DNA of 39,113 nt. Source: an uncultured Nannocystaceae bacterium (lineage in GTDB: Bacteria > Myxococcota_A > Polyangia > Nannocystales > Nannocystaceae). The translations under genes and the position numbers were made by a program. The stretch covers positions 50,662 to 89,774 of the forward strand of contig CAZDHJ010000013.1 of the NCBI GenBank assembly GCA_964505145.1, written 5' to 3'. Below the pieces are notes generated by a model. That model searched no databases, had not been told where the DNA came from, and worked only from the letters and a program-made list of their open reading frames with translations. This document shows, one piece after another, positions 18,368-26,533 of this stretch. Every line of letters begins with the position of its first letter. The stretch's first letter is position 1.

Positions 18368-18948
18368 TGCTGGACGCGTCGGAGATCGATCGGCCCAAGG
18401 GCGAGCCGCGGATCCGCGGCGCGATCGTCCTCAACAACCTCGTGGGCTTCGAGGACGTCGTCGGCGCCGACGTGGTCCGGCGCGCCCTGGCCGGGCTGCC
18501 GCCCGAGCTGGTGCACGAGGCCAGCACGGTGGTGCCGGTGGCGTGGGTCCGCGCCGATCTGGTCGACTCGCTGTTCGCCGCGATTGCGCACGCGGCCAAG
18601 CGCGAGCCCGAGGAGCTGTTCCCCGAAGCGATCGAGCGCGGGGTCTACCGCACGCTGCACACGGTGTGGCGCGCGCTCATGCACCTGTCGAGCGACGCGG
18701 CCATCGTCAAGCGCACCCCGGCGTTGTTCGCCCGCACCTACTCGTGCGGGCGGCTCGAAGCGCGCTTCCTCGGCGACGGCGCCGCGGAGGCCGAGCTGTT
18801 CGAGTGGCCGGGGGTCTCGCGCTTCCGCATGCTTGCGATCGCGGCGGGCGTGCGCGCGGTGCTGCGGGTCGCGGGCCGCGACGAGGTCGTGGTCCGCAGC
18901 GAACGCACCGCCGACGGCGCCCGCTTCCGCGCCAGCTGGAAGCGCTGA
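18368..18948 (+). CDS. DUF2378 (TIGR02265-like) Myxococcales paralogous-family protein, 193 aa.
   Basis: ATG at 18368 (MLDASEIDRPKGEPRIRGAIVLNNLVGFEDVVG...). Length and composition match the Myxococcus-specific TIGR02265 family. The upstream part of track ORF 17980..18948 is a shadow frame. Confidence 0.6.
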
Positions 18949-18966
18949 GCCGCGGACATGGGCGGC

Positions 18967-20823
18967 TCACGGCCGCGCGCGCGCGAGGTGCTCGGGCACG
19001 ATCGCGGCGGCGGGCGAGAGCACTTCGTTGGCGAAGCGGTAGCCGTCGTGCTCGGGGTCCGCGTAGTAGGTCGAGCCGTCGTCCGCGACGTAGAACAGCA
19101 TCTTGTTGCCGCTCGAGAACGCGGGAAAGTACGCCGTGATGCGCTCGTGGTGGCCGTCGTCGGCGACGTACTCGATGTCGGTGGTGAACGGCTGCGCTGC
19201 GGTCGTGCCGAAGGTGTGGCCGACCATCAGGTGCGCGCCGGGGTAGCTCGCGCCGGGGTAGTCGTACGGCCAATCGTTGCCGCCCAGCAGGAACACGCCT
19301 TGGCAGTTGTTCCAGCCGTCTTGCGTCTGCGCACAGAAGTACTGCGTGCGGTCGAGCGCGGCGCTGCGCGTGACCCCGACGACGTCGCGCAGTCGCAGCG
19401 GCGCGTCCTCGTCGGCGCAGCGCAGGCGCGCGGCGTAGATCTCGGTGCCGCCGACGGACGCACCCAGCTCCGAGCTGCCGGCCCAGCCACCGATGGCGAA
19501 GAGGTCGTCGTCGTCGGTGACCACGACGTCGCGCAGGCGGCTGTAGCCCGGCCCGCTCGCGATCGCATCGAGCGCCAGCACCTCGCCGTCGCTGCCGATG
19601 AACGCCAGCGCATCGTCGTAGCTGCCCGCGCTCGCGCGATGCAGCGTCCCCACCGCGGTCTCGCCGTCGTACGCGAAGCCGACGATGGTGGTGCCACGGC
19701 CGTCGATGTCGAGCGACTCGGGCAGTTCGTCCGACGCGCCGCCGAGCGCCTCCACGTCGAGCAGCTGGCCGGTGGGATCGTAGTGCGCGAGCAGCAGATC
19801 GCCGGCACCCTGGGCGGCGAGCCCATGGCCAGCCATCGTCACGCTGCCGCTGAAGTGGCCCAGCGCCGCGAGCTCGCCCTGCGGCCCCTCCGCGACCAGC
19901 GACAGCGCCGGATCGACCGCCGCGTTGCCGGTGTGCCACAGCAGCGTGCCGGTGCCGGCGTCGAAGCGGGCGAGGGTCGCGCGGCCGCCGTTGCCGTCGG
20001 CGATCGATCCGACCGCGACGAGGGTGTGGTCGTGGCCCAGCCGCAGATCGCGGATCTCCGACGGCGACGTGACCTGCCACAGCTGCGTGCCGTCGGCGGC
20101 GAAGTGGATCAGCTGGGTCTCGCTGCCGCCGGTGGCGATGATCAGCCGGCGCACGCCGATGGTGATCTCGCCGGCGTCGTCGACCACGAGCCCGCTGTAG
20201 TAGTCCGAGCTGTCGGTGCCGCCGAGCTGGCGCGTCCACAGCACCTGGCCGTCCTCGTCGAGCACGCCGAGGAACACGTCGCCGACGACGACGTGCTGCG
20301 GATCGGGCGGCGGCAGCATCGGCGTGAACACGTCGCCGAGGGTCGTGCCGGCGCCGCCGCTGCTGGCCACCGCGATGATGCCGCCGCCGGCCGCGAGCGA
20401 GCCGCGGTTGTTGACGTCGCTGTCGACCATCTCGATCGCCCACAGGAACTGGCCCGAGGCGTCCAGCCGCGTGATCACGCCGGGGTAGAACAGAAACGGC
20501 ACGGTCGGCAGGCTCAGGCTGCCGAAGGTCCCGCTCGCGCCGTTGCCGAGGAATCGTCCCAGCATCGCGATGCCGCCGTCGTCGAGTGCGGCCCCGGCCA
20601 CGCCGGTCTCGCGTGGCTGGCCCGCGAACGCGATCGAGGAACCGCCGTGTTGCGACCAGCTCCGCACCGGCGTGCACGCAGGCGCCCCCGGCTCGACGCG
20701 ATCGTCCTCGGTGCCCGGACCGAGATCGCGCGGCGCGGCCGCGCTGTCGCAGCCCGACGCCATCGCTGCCAACGCGAGCGCCCACGCGCGCGTCCGAGGT
20801 TCGTGCCCGTTTCGGTCTTGCAT
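18967..20823 (-). CDS. PQQ-like (BamB-like) beta-propeller repeat lipoprotein, 618 aa.
   Basis: ATG at 20823 (MQDRNGHEPRTRAWALALAAMASG-C). Repeated GQFLW, GQVLW, GTQLW and GTLLW blade motifs. It is the real 3' part of track ORF 18967..21438. Confidence 0.7.
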   Translation of the reverse strand: MQDRNGHEPRTRAWALALAAMASGCDSAAAPRDLGPGTEDDRVEPGAPACTPVRSWSQHGGSSIAFAGQPRETGVAGAALDDGGIAMLGRFLGNGASGTFGSLSLPTVPFLFYPGVITRLDASGQFLWAIEMVDSDVNNRGSLAAGGGIIAVASSGGAGTTLGDVFTPMLPPPDPQHVVVGDVFLGVLDEDGQVLWTRQLGGTDSSDYYSGLVVDDAGEITIGVRRLIIATGGSETQLIHFAADGTQLWQVTSPSEIRDLRLGHDHTLVAVGSIADGNGGRATLARFDAGTGTLLWHTGNAAVDPALSLVAEGPQGELAALGHFSGSVTMAGHGLAAQGAGDLLLAHYDPTGQLLDVEALGGASDELPESLDIDGRGTTIVGFAYDGETAVGTLHRASAGSYDDALAFIGSDGEVLALDAIASGPGYSRLRDVVVTDDDDLFAIGGWAGSSELGASVGGTEIYAARLRCADEDAPLRLRDVVGVTRSAALDRTQYFCAQTQDGWNNCQGVFLLGGNDWPYDYPGASYPGAHLMVGHTFGTTAAQPFTTDIEYVADDGHHERITAYFPAFSSGNKMLFYVADDGSTYYADPEHDGYRFANEVLSPAAAIVPEHLARARP

Positions 20824-20947
20824 GGTGCCGCCTTCGCGCGGCCGCGCTCGCGGCCTGCGAGCTGTCAGTAACGCCGGGCGGAACGCGGTTCGGCGCGCGC
20901 CGCTTCTGAGCGCGGGCCCCGCCGGAAGACCTGCTAGCCTGCGCCGC

Positions 20948-22021
20948 GTGAACGAGCGTCGTGGTGGCTGGCTGTTGGGAGTGTTGGCGTTGTGCGCATG
21001 CCCGGGCGGGGACGACGGCTCGACCGCCGGCGACACCGGCAGCAGCGGCGGTGGCAGCTCGCAGACCACCGCATCGACGACCGCGACCACCGACGACGCG
21101 ACCTCGATCTCCACCAGCGAGTCGAACACCACCGCGACCACCACGGTCGGCAGCACCGGCGATGGCAGCAGCACCAGTGCCGACGGCAGCGGCAGCGACA
21201 GCGGCACCGGTGACGGCAGCACCGGCGGTGGCGTCGACGCGAACGGCTGCCCCGCGAACGCGCCCGACTCGTGGGTGATGTGCGAGGACTTCGAGGCCAT
21301 CGACGACCCCGAGACACAGCTGTCGCAGTGGAACGTCGCCGGCGACGCCTTCGGCGTCGAGGGCGAGCTCGGCGACGCCGGCGATCGTGCGCTGCGGGTC
21401 ACGCTCACGCCCAACCTGATGTTCGGCGGCTGGGTCACGCTGCGCTTCGGCGACGGACCCGACGCGCCTGCGATCGACTCGCCCGACGGCCACTTCGACG
21501 AGGTGTGGGTGCGCTACAGCCTGCGCACGGGCGACGACTGGCCCGGCTACCCCATCGGCGACGTCGGCGAGGTCATCGCGATGAACGGCGCCAACTGGGG
21601 CATCGCGGCGGACCTCAACCTGCGCGCCGAGGCGCCGATGCGATTGCATCCGCTGGTGTGGAGCTGCGTGTTCGGGGGCAACCTCGCCTGCGACGGCAAC
21701 AACGACTGGGCCGGCACGTTGCAGAACATCTGGGGTCAGGAGGGCGACACGGTGCTGTTCGACGACAACAGCGCCGGCGTGCAGCGCTGCGTGGTCGCGC
21801 ACATGCGGCTCAACACCGTGGGCCAGTCGGACGGCGAGGTCGACGTCGTGGTCGACGGCGTGCAGGAGATCGCAGGCAGCGGCCTCGATCTGCGCGGCAC
21901 CTGGGACGACTACGGCATCAACGCCGTGCGCTTCACCAACTACACCAATCCGCCGGCGCAGCCGCTCGACTTCTGGGTCGACGACGTCGTGGTCGCGACC
22001 GAAGCGCTGCAGTGCCCGTGA
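20948..22021 (+). CDS. Secreted lipoprotein with a Ser/Thr-rich linker and a C-terminal jelly-roll-like domain, 357 aa.
   Basis: GTG at 20948 (VNERRGGWLLGVLALCA-C). About 90 aa of S/T/G/D linker, then a globular domain rich in W, D and G. It is the 3' part of track ORF 20543..22021. Confidence 0.65.
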   Translation: MNERRGGWLLGVLALCACPGGDDGSTAGDTGSSGGGSSQTTASTTATTDDATSISTSESNTTATTTVGSTGDGSSTSADGSGSDSGTGDGSTGGGVDANGCPANAPDSWVMCEDFEAIDDPETQLSQWNVAGDAFGVEGELGDAGDRALRVTLTPNLMFGGWVTLRFGDGPDAPAIDSPDGHFDEVWVRYSLRTGDDWPGYPIGDVGEVIAMNGANWGIAADLNLRAEAPMRLHPLVWSCVFGGNLACDGNNDWAGTLQNIWGQEGDTVLFDDNSAGVQRCVVAHMRLNTVGQSDGEVDVVVDGVQEIAGSGLDLRGTWDDYGINAVRFTNYTNPPAQPLDFWVDDVVVATEALQCP

Positions 22022-22036
22022 GCCGCGGCCGCGGGC

Positions 22037-22468
22037 TCACCGCGTCGCCGCGCGCTTGGCCCGGACGCCGGCGACGGCCGCCGCGACCACGCTCCACACG
22101 AACATCGCGGCGAGGATGATCGAGAGCGCCCACAGCCACAGCGCGTGCAGCACGACGACGCCGCCGGCGTGCATCGACATCATGGTCGAGAGCAGGGTCC
22201 AAGGTCCGAGCAAGAGCGACGCGACCAGCGGCCGGGCCCACGAGCGGCGGTAGGACCACGGCCGCAGCATCGCGTAGAGGATCGCGAACTCGATCGCGAG
22301 CGCCACGAGGCCTTGCAGCAGCGCCCCCTCGTGATTGCCGTGCTCACGCACGACCGTGGGCGGCCCGGGATCGCGGTACCAATCCCGCACCATCGCAGCG
22401 GCTGTCGCCGCGGTCAGCAGCGGCAACCACAACAGGTGGATCGTGCGCAGCGGTGACCGGCGGCTCAC
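22037..22468 (-). CDS. Small integral membrane protein, about 143 aa.
   Basis: The GTG start overlaps the fhs stop (GTGA at 22465-22468). Three or four hydrophobic helices (IHLLWLPLLTAATAAAMV, LVALAIEFAILYAML, VVVLHALWLWALSIILAAMFVWSVVAAAVAG). The start could instead be the internal ATG (MVRDW...). Confidence 0.5.
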   Translation of the reverse strand: MSRRSPLRTIHLLWLPLLTAATAAAMVRDWYRDPGPPTVVREHGNHEGALLQGLVALAIEFAILYAMLRPWSYRRSWARPLVASLLLGPWTLLSTMMSMHAGGVVVLHALWLWALSIILAAMFVWSVVAAAVAGVRAKRAATR

Positions 22469-24099
22469 GACAGCCCGACGATGGTGCCGTCCTGGAGGTC
22501 GATCTTCGCCGCGGCCGGGACCTTGGGCAGACCCGGCATGCGCATGAGCTCGCCGGTCAGCACGACGATGAAGCCGGCGCCGGCGTTGATCTGCAGCCCG
22601 CGCACGGTGATCTCGAAGTCGCGCGGACGGCCGCGCAGCTTGGGATCGTCCGACAGCGAGTTCTGGGTCTTGGCCACGCAGATCGGCAGGTTGCCGTAGC
22701 CGAGCTTGTCGATGTCCTTGAGGTCGCGCTCGGCCGACTTGGTGAAGGCCACGCCGCGCGCACCGTACATCGCCCGGGCCACGGCCTCGATCTTGGCCGG
22801 GATGGACGCCTCGAGCGGATACAGCGGCTCGAAGCGAGCGCCGCCCTTGTCGACCGCGGCGATGACCTGGCGACCGAGCTCGAGCGCCCCCTCGCCGCCG
22901 CGACCGAAGTGCTCGCACACCGCCACGCCCACGCCACGCTTGGCGCAGGCCTCGGCGACCACGGCGAGTTCCTCGTCGGTGTCGCTGCCGAAGCGGTTGA
23001 GCGCGACCACGGCGGGCTTGCCGAAGCGCGCGACGCTCTCGAGGTGCTTCTCGAGGTTGGGCAGGCCCGCGGCCACGCCCGCGGGATCGGGCCTGTTGAT
23101 CGCGTCGAGCGCGACGCCACCGTGCATCTTGAGCGCGCGCGCGGTCGCGACCAGCACGACCGCGTCGGGATCGAAGCCGGCGCTGCGGCACTTGATGTCG
23201 AAGAACTTCTCCGCGCCCAGGTCGAAGCCGAAGCCAGCCTCGGTCACGACCCAGTCCGCCAGCTTGAGCCCGGTGCGCGTGGCGATGACGCTGTTGCAGC
23301 CGTGCGCGATGTTGGCGAAGGGCCCGCCGTGCACGATCGCCGGGGTGCCCTGCTCGGTCTGCACGAGGTTGGGCAGCAGCGCGTCGCGCAGCAGCGCCAG
23401 CATCGCGCCGGTGACCCCGAGCGCGCCGGCGGTGACGGGTGCGCCGCTGCGATCGAAGCCGACCAGGGTACGATCGATGCGGCGGCGCAGATCGTCGGCG
23501 TCGTCGGCCAGGCACAGCATCGCCATCAGCTCCGACGCGGCGGTGATGTCGAAGCCGGCCTCGCGCGGGGTCCCGTTGGTCTCGCCGCCCAGGCCCACGA
23601 CGATGTTGCGCAGGCTGCGATCGTTCATGTCGATCACGCGGCGCCACAGCACCCGACGCGCGTCGAGCCCCGGCGCGGTGCCGAAGTGCACGCAATTGTC
23701 GATCGCCGCCGCCAGCAGGTTGTGCGCGCTGGTGATCGCGTGAAAGTCACCGTTGAAGTGCAGGTTGATGTCATCCGAGGGCGAGAGCCGACTGCGACCA
23801 CCGCCGGTGCCGCCGCCCTTGACGCCGAAGCACGGCCCCAACGATGGCTCGCGCAGCACCGCGGTCGCGCGGTGCCCCAGCAGCGTCAGCGCATCGGACA
23901 GCCCGATCGACGTCGTGGTCTTGCCCTCGCCCGCCGGCGTCGGCGTGATCGCGGAGACCAGCACCAACTTCGCCGGCGTCGCGCTCGCGCGCGGCCGCGT
24001 CAACACGGCGCGGTCGATCTTGGCCTTGTCGCGGCCAAACGGGATCAGATCGTCGGACGACAGGCCCAGGCGCGAAGCGACATCGAGCAGCGGCAGCAT
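22465..24099 (-). CDS. fhs: Formate--tetrahydrofolate ligase, 544 aa.
   Basis: ATG at 24099 (MLPLLDVASRLGLSSDDLIPFG...). Canonical Fhs blocks PTPAGEGKTTTSIGL, FDITAASELMA and VVTEAGFG..DIKCR. The 5' part of track ORF 22465..24468 is a shadow frame. Confidence 0.9.
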   Translation of the reverse strand: MLPLLDVASRLGLSSDDLIPFGRDKAKIDRAVLTRPRASATPAKLVLVSAITPTPAGEGKTTTSIGLSDALTLLGHRATAVLREPSLGPCFGVKGGGTGGGRSRLSPSDDINLHFNGDFHAITSAHNLLAAAIDNCVHFGTAPGLDARRVLWRRVIDMNDRSLRNIVVGLGGETNGTPREAGFDITAASELMAMLCLADDADDLRRRIDRTLVGFDRSGAPVTAGALGVTGAMLALLRDALLPNLVQTEQGTPAIVHGGPFANIAHGCNSVIATRTGLKLADWVVTEAGFGFDLGAEKFFDIKCRSAGFDPDAVVLVATARALKMHGGVALDAINRPDPAGVAAGLPNLEKHLESVARFGKPAVVALNRFGSDTDEELAVVAEACAKRGVGVAVCEHFGRGGEGALELGRQVIAAVDKGGARFEPLYPLEASIPAKIEAVARAMYGARGVAFTKSAERDLKDIDKLGYGNLPICVAKTQNSLSDDPKLRGRPRDFEITVRGLQINAGAGFIVVLTGELMRMPGLPKVPAAAKIDLQDGTIVGLS

Positions 24100-24275
24100 C
24101 GCGCACGACCGTACCCGCCTTCGCGCGCGAGGTGAACCACGGGCGGCGCAAGCCGGCCGCCGACGCCCCGCGCGCCGCCGCGGCACCATCGCGGCCGTGC
24201 GCGGCCGGGGGCGGGTGTGCCAGCCGCCGCGGCCGCGCGACGATCGGCCCCCCCGACGGTGTGTACGATCGCCCG

Positions 24276-25646
24276 ATGGTCGACGTGCTACAGGAGTTTC
24301 GCCGCGCGTTGTGGTTCGCGGCCGCGGGCTCGCTCGCGTGCGGGCCCACGGTGGTCGCCCCGGGCGGCGATGCGGGAGCAGACGGGAGCTCGTCTTCCGG
24401 GCTCGGCACCGACACCGCCGCGTCGCACTCGAGCAGTGCCGACGCGAGCGCCACGACGGCGACCGCAACGAGCGCGGCCGGCACGGACTCGCTCGATGGC
24501 GGCTCGACCGACGCGCCGATCAAGTTCGACCTCGGCGCCCCCGACAGCGGTGTGCCGCCCGAGTGCGTTCCGACCGTGACGCCGCGCGAACCGTGCGAGG
24601 TGCCGCCACCGCCGGACGCCATCGACGTGCGACTGCTGTGCGTCTCGCCGGCAGTCGAGTGCGCGACGTGGGCCGCTGCCTTCGACCCGGGCAACCTCGA
24701 CCCGGCGGCGCAGGCCGTCGTGCCCTGCATCGACGGCGGCGACGGCAGCTGTGGTGGCGGCACCCTCGGACCGATCCTGTGTGGGCCCTACGAAGGCGAC
24801 GACACCTGTTGCTTCTGGTTCGCGATCGAAGACACGCAGATCTGTCCTGGCCGCCCGTTCACGATCGCAGGTACGGCCCGACGTGCGACTGCCCGCGCGA
24901 ACGCGGCGTGGCTCGCCGCCGAGCCGAGCGCGACCGTGGGCTCGCGCGACGCCGACGCGATCGCGGCGGCCTGGACCGAGGCAGCGCTCTTCGAGCACGC
25001 GTCGGTCGCCTCGTTCGCCCGCGCTGTGCTGCATCTACTCGCGGTCGCCGCCCCCGCCGAGCTGGTCGCGGCGACCCAGCGCTCGTTGTCGGAGGAGATC
25101 GGGCACGCGCGCAGCCTGTTCTCGCTCGCCTCGCGCTGGGCCGGCCACGCCGTGGGACCCGGGCCGCTCGACGTCGACGGCGCCCTGGCGGACGTCGCCA
25201 CGCTCGCGCAACTGGTCATCGCCACGGTCGAAGAGGGTTGCATCGCGGAGACGGTCTCCGCGTGGCAGCTCTACGTCGCGGCGGAACGTGCGGCGGATCC
25301 CGAGGTCCGCACGATGCTCCACCGCATCGCGCGAGAAGAGGTCGAGCACGCCGCGCTCGCGTGGCGCGTACTCGCGTGGGCGCTGCCGCAGGTCGAGCTC
25401 GAGACCCGGTGTGCGATCCAGCAGCGCTTCGCCGAGCCGCATCGGTACATCGCGCGCGGCCCACGGCTCGCGTCCGGTGTGAGCGACGAGACCTGGCGCG
25501 GCGCCGGCCTGCTGCCGGCGTGCGAGCGCGAAGCGGCGGCACGCAACGCGATCCATGCGCTGGTGTTGCCGACCGCGGCGATGGTGCTGACCGGCGCAGC
25601 GCCGGCGTTCGCCGACGATGCGGCGAGCGAGACCGTCACGGCATAG
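24276..25646 (+). CDS. Secreted protein with a Cys-rich N-domain and a ferritin-like di-iron domain, 456 aa.
   Basis: ATG at 24276 (MVDVLQEFRRALWFAAAGSLA-C). About 14 Cys in the N-terminal 230 aa. The C-terminal four-helix region has paired ExxH motifs (SEEIGHA ... REEVEHA) plus E-containing helices, typical of ferritin-like di-metal sites. Confidence 0.65.
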   Translation: MVDVLQEFRRALWFAAAGSLACGPTVVAPGGDAGADGSSSSGLGTDTAASHSSSADASATTATATSAAGTDSLDGGSTDAPIKFDLGAPDSGVPPECVPTVTPREPCEVPPPPDAIDVRLLCVSPAVECATWAAAFDPGNLDPAAQAVVPCIDGGDGSCGGGTLGPILCGPYEGDDTCCFWFAIEDTQICPGRPFTIAGTARRATARANAAWLAAEPSATVGSRDADAIAAAWTEAALFEHASVASFARAVLHLLAVAAPAELVAATQRSLSEEIGHARSLFSLASRWAGHAVGPGPLDVDGALADVATLAQLVIATVEEGCIAETVSAWQLYVAAERAADPEVRTMLHRIAREEVEHAALAWRVLAWALPQVELETRCAIQQRFAEPHRYIARGPRLASGVSDETWRGAGLLPACEREAAARNAIHALVLPTAAMVLTGAAPAFADDAASETVTA

Positions 25647-25695
25647 CGGCGGCCTCGGCTGAGGCGGCCGCGCGGGGCACCGACGCCAGGGCGAA

Positions 25696-26478
25696 TCACC
25701 CCCGCGCCGGGCCACAGCGTGTCTCGGTGCCGCAGCGCGCAGCGGTCGCGCCCGGGCGCGGCCGCTGGGGGCCGAGCACGGACTCGGGCGCCTGCCGGGC
25801 GCCGAGCGCCACGAGCATCCGGGCCGCAAGGTGCCACGCCCCGGTGCGGTCGAGCCACGGGTCGAGCCAGCCGTTGGTGATCGAGAAGTGCACGTCGTGC
25901 GGCGCGCGATGATGCACCGCGTGGTGCTCGGGCCGCAGGAGCAGGCCGCTGCGCTGCAGTGCGCGGATGATCGGGTGACACGGCCGACGCGCATGGGCAA
26001 AGCGGTGGATCTGGTTGGTGAAGGCGCCGAAGACCAGGAACACGACCCCGGTCGACGTCGCGGCCAGACCCCAGCGGGTCGTGTCGGTCGGCACCCACAG
26101 CGCGAGCACCAGCAGGATCGGCGTGCACAGCGTGATCGCGGGCGCGTTGAGCTCGCGGAAGCTCAGCGTGCAGATGATGCCGGGATGCTCGTGGTGCTGA
26201 CGGAAGCGGAACACGAACGCGGGCCCGAGCAGTGGCGTCTTCTCGTCGCCGAAGTTGTCGGCGACAACGTGCAGGAAGCCCGTGGCCAGCGCTGCGCCGA
26301 CGACACCGAGCGGCCATAGCAGCACCACCCAAGCGGTGGCGACACCGAAGCGGGCGAAGCCCGCGATGACGTCGATCGTCGCGGCGAGCAGCGCGAGCGG
26401 GAACACCGTCATCGCAACGAGCTCGACGGTGGACATCAGGACGTGAAAACGCCGCGTGCGCGGATGGACCTGCGCCAT
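25696..26478 (-). CDS. CarF/TMEM189-like membrane lipid desaturase (plasmanylethanolamine desaturase family), 260 aa.
   Basis: ATG at 26478 (MAQVHPRTRRFHVLMSTVELVAMTVF...). Several TM helices. Histidine-box clusters RFRQHHEHP, QIHRFAHARRPCHP and EHHAVHHRAPH, as in the Kua/TMEM189/CarF family. Co-directional and 55 nt downstream of the Cys-rich lipoprotein. Confidence 0.75.
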   Translation of the reverse strand: MAQVHPRTRRFHVLMSTVELVAMTVFPLALLAATIDVIAGFARFGVATAWVVLLWPLGVVGAALATGFLHVVADNFGDEKTPLLGPAFVFRFRQHHEHPGIICTLSFRELNAPAITLCTPILLVLALWVPTDTTRWGLAATSTGVVFLVFGAFTNQIHRFAHARRPCHPIIRALQRSGLLLRPEHHAVHHRAPHDVHFSITNGWLDPWLDRTGAWHLAARMLVALGARQAPESVLGPQRPRPGATAARCGTETRCGPARG

Positions 26479-26533
26479 CGACGGGATCAGTCTATCCCAC
26501 GGTCGATTGCGCAGGCCAGCCGCACGCCGGGGC

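Noticed and set aside
18707-21802. 1031-aa minus-strand ORF (MRDHAALHAGAVV…) spanning several real genes
   Set aside because: Arg/Ala/Gly/Pro-rich low-complexity translation typical of an out-of-frame or antisense read in about 70% GC DNA. It overlaps the well-supported PQQ-propeller lipoprotein and the lipoprotein at 20948-22021 in other frames.
22453-24135. 560-aa + strand ORF antisense to fhs
   Set aside because: fhs on the minus strand is unambiguous (canonical formate-THF ligase motifs). The + frame is low-complexity.
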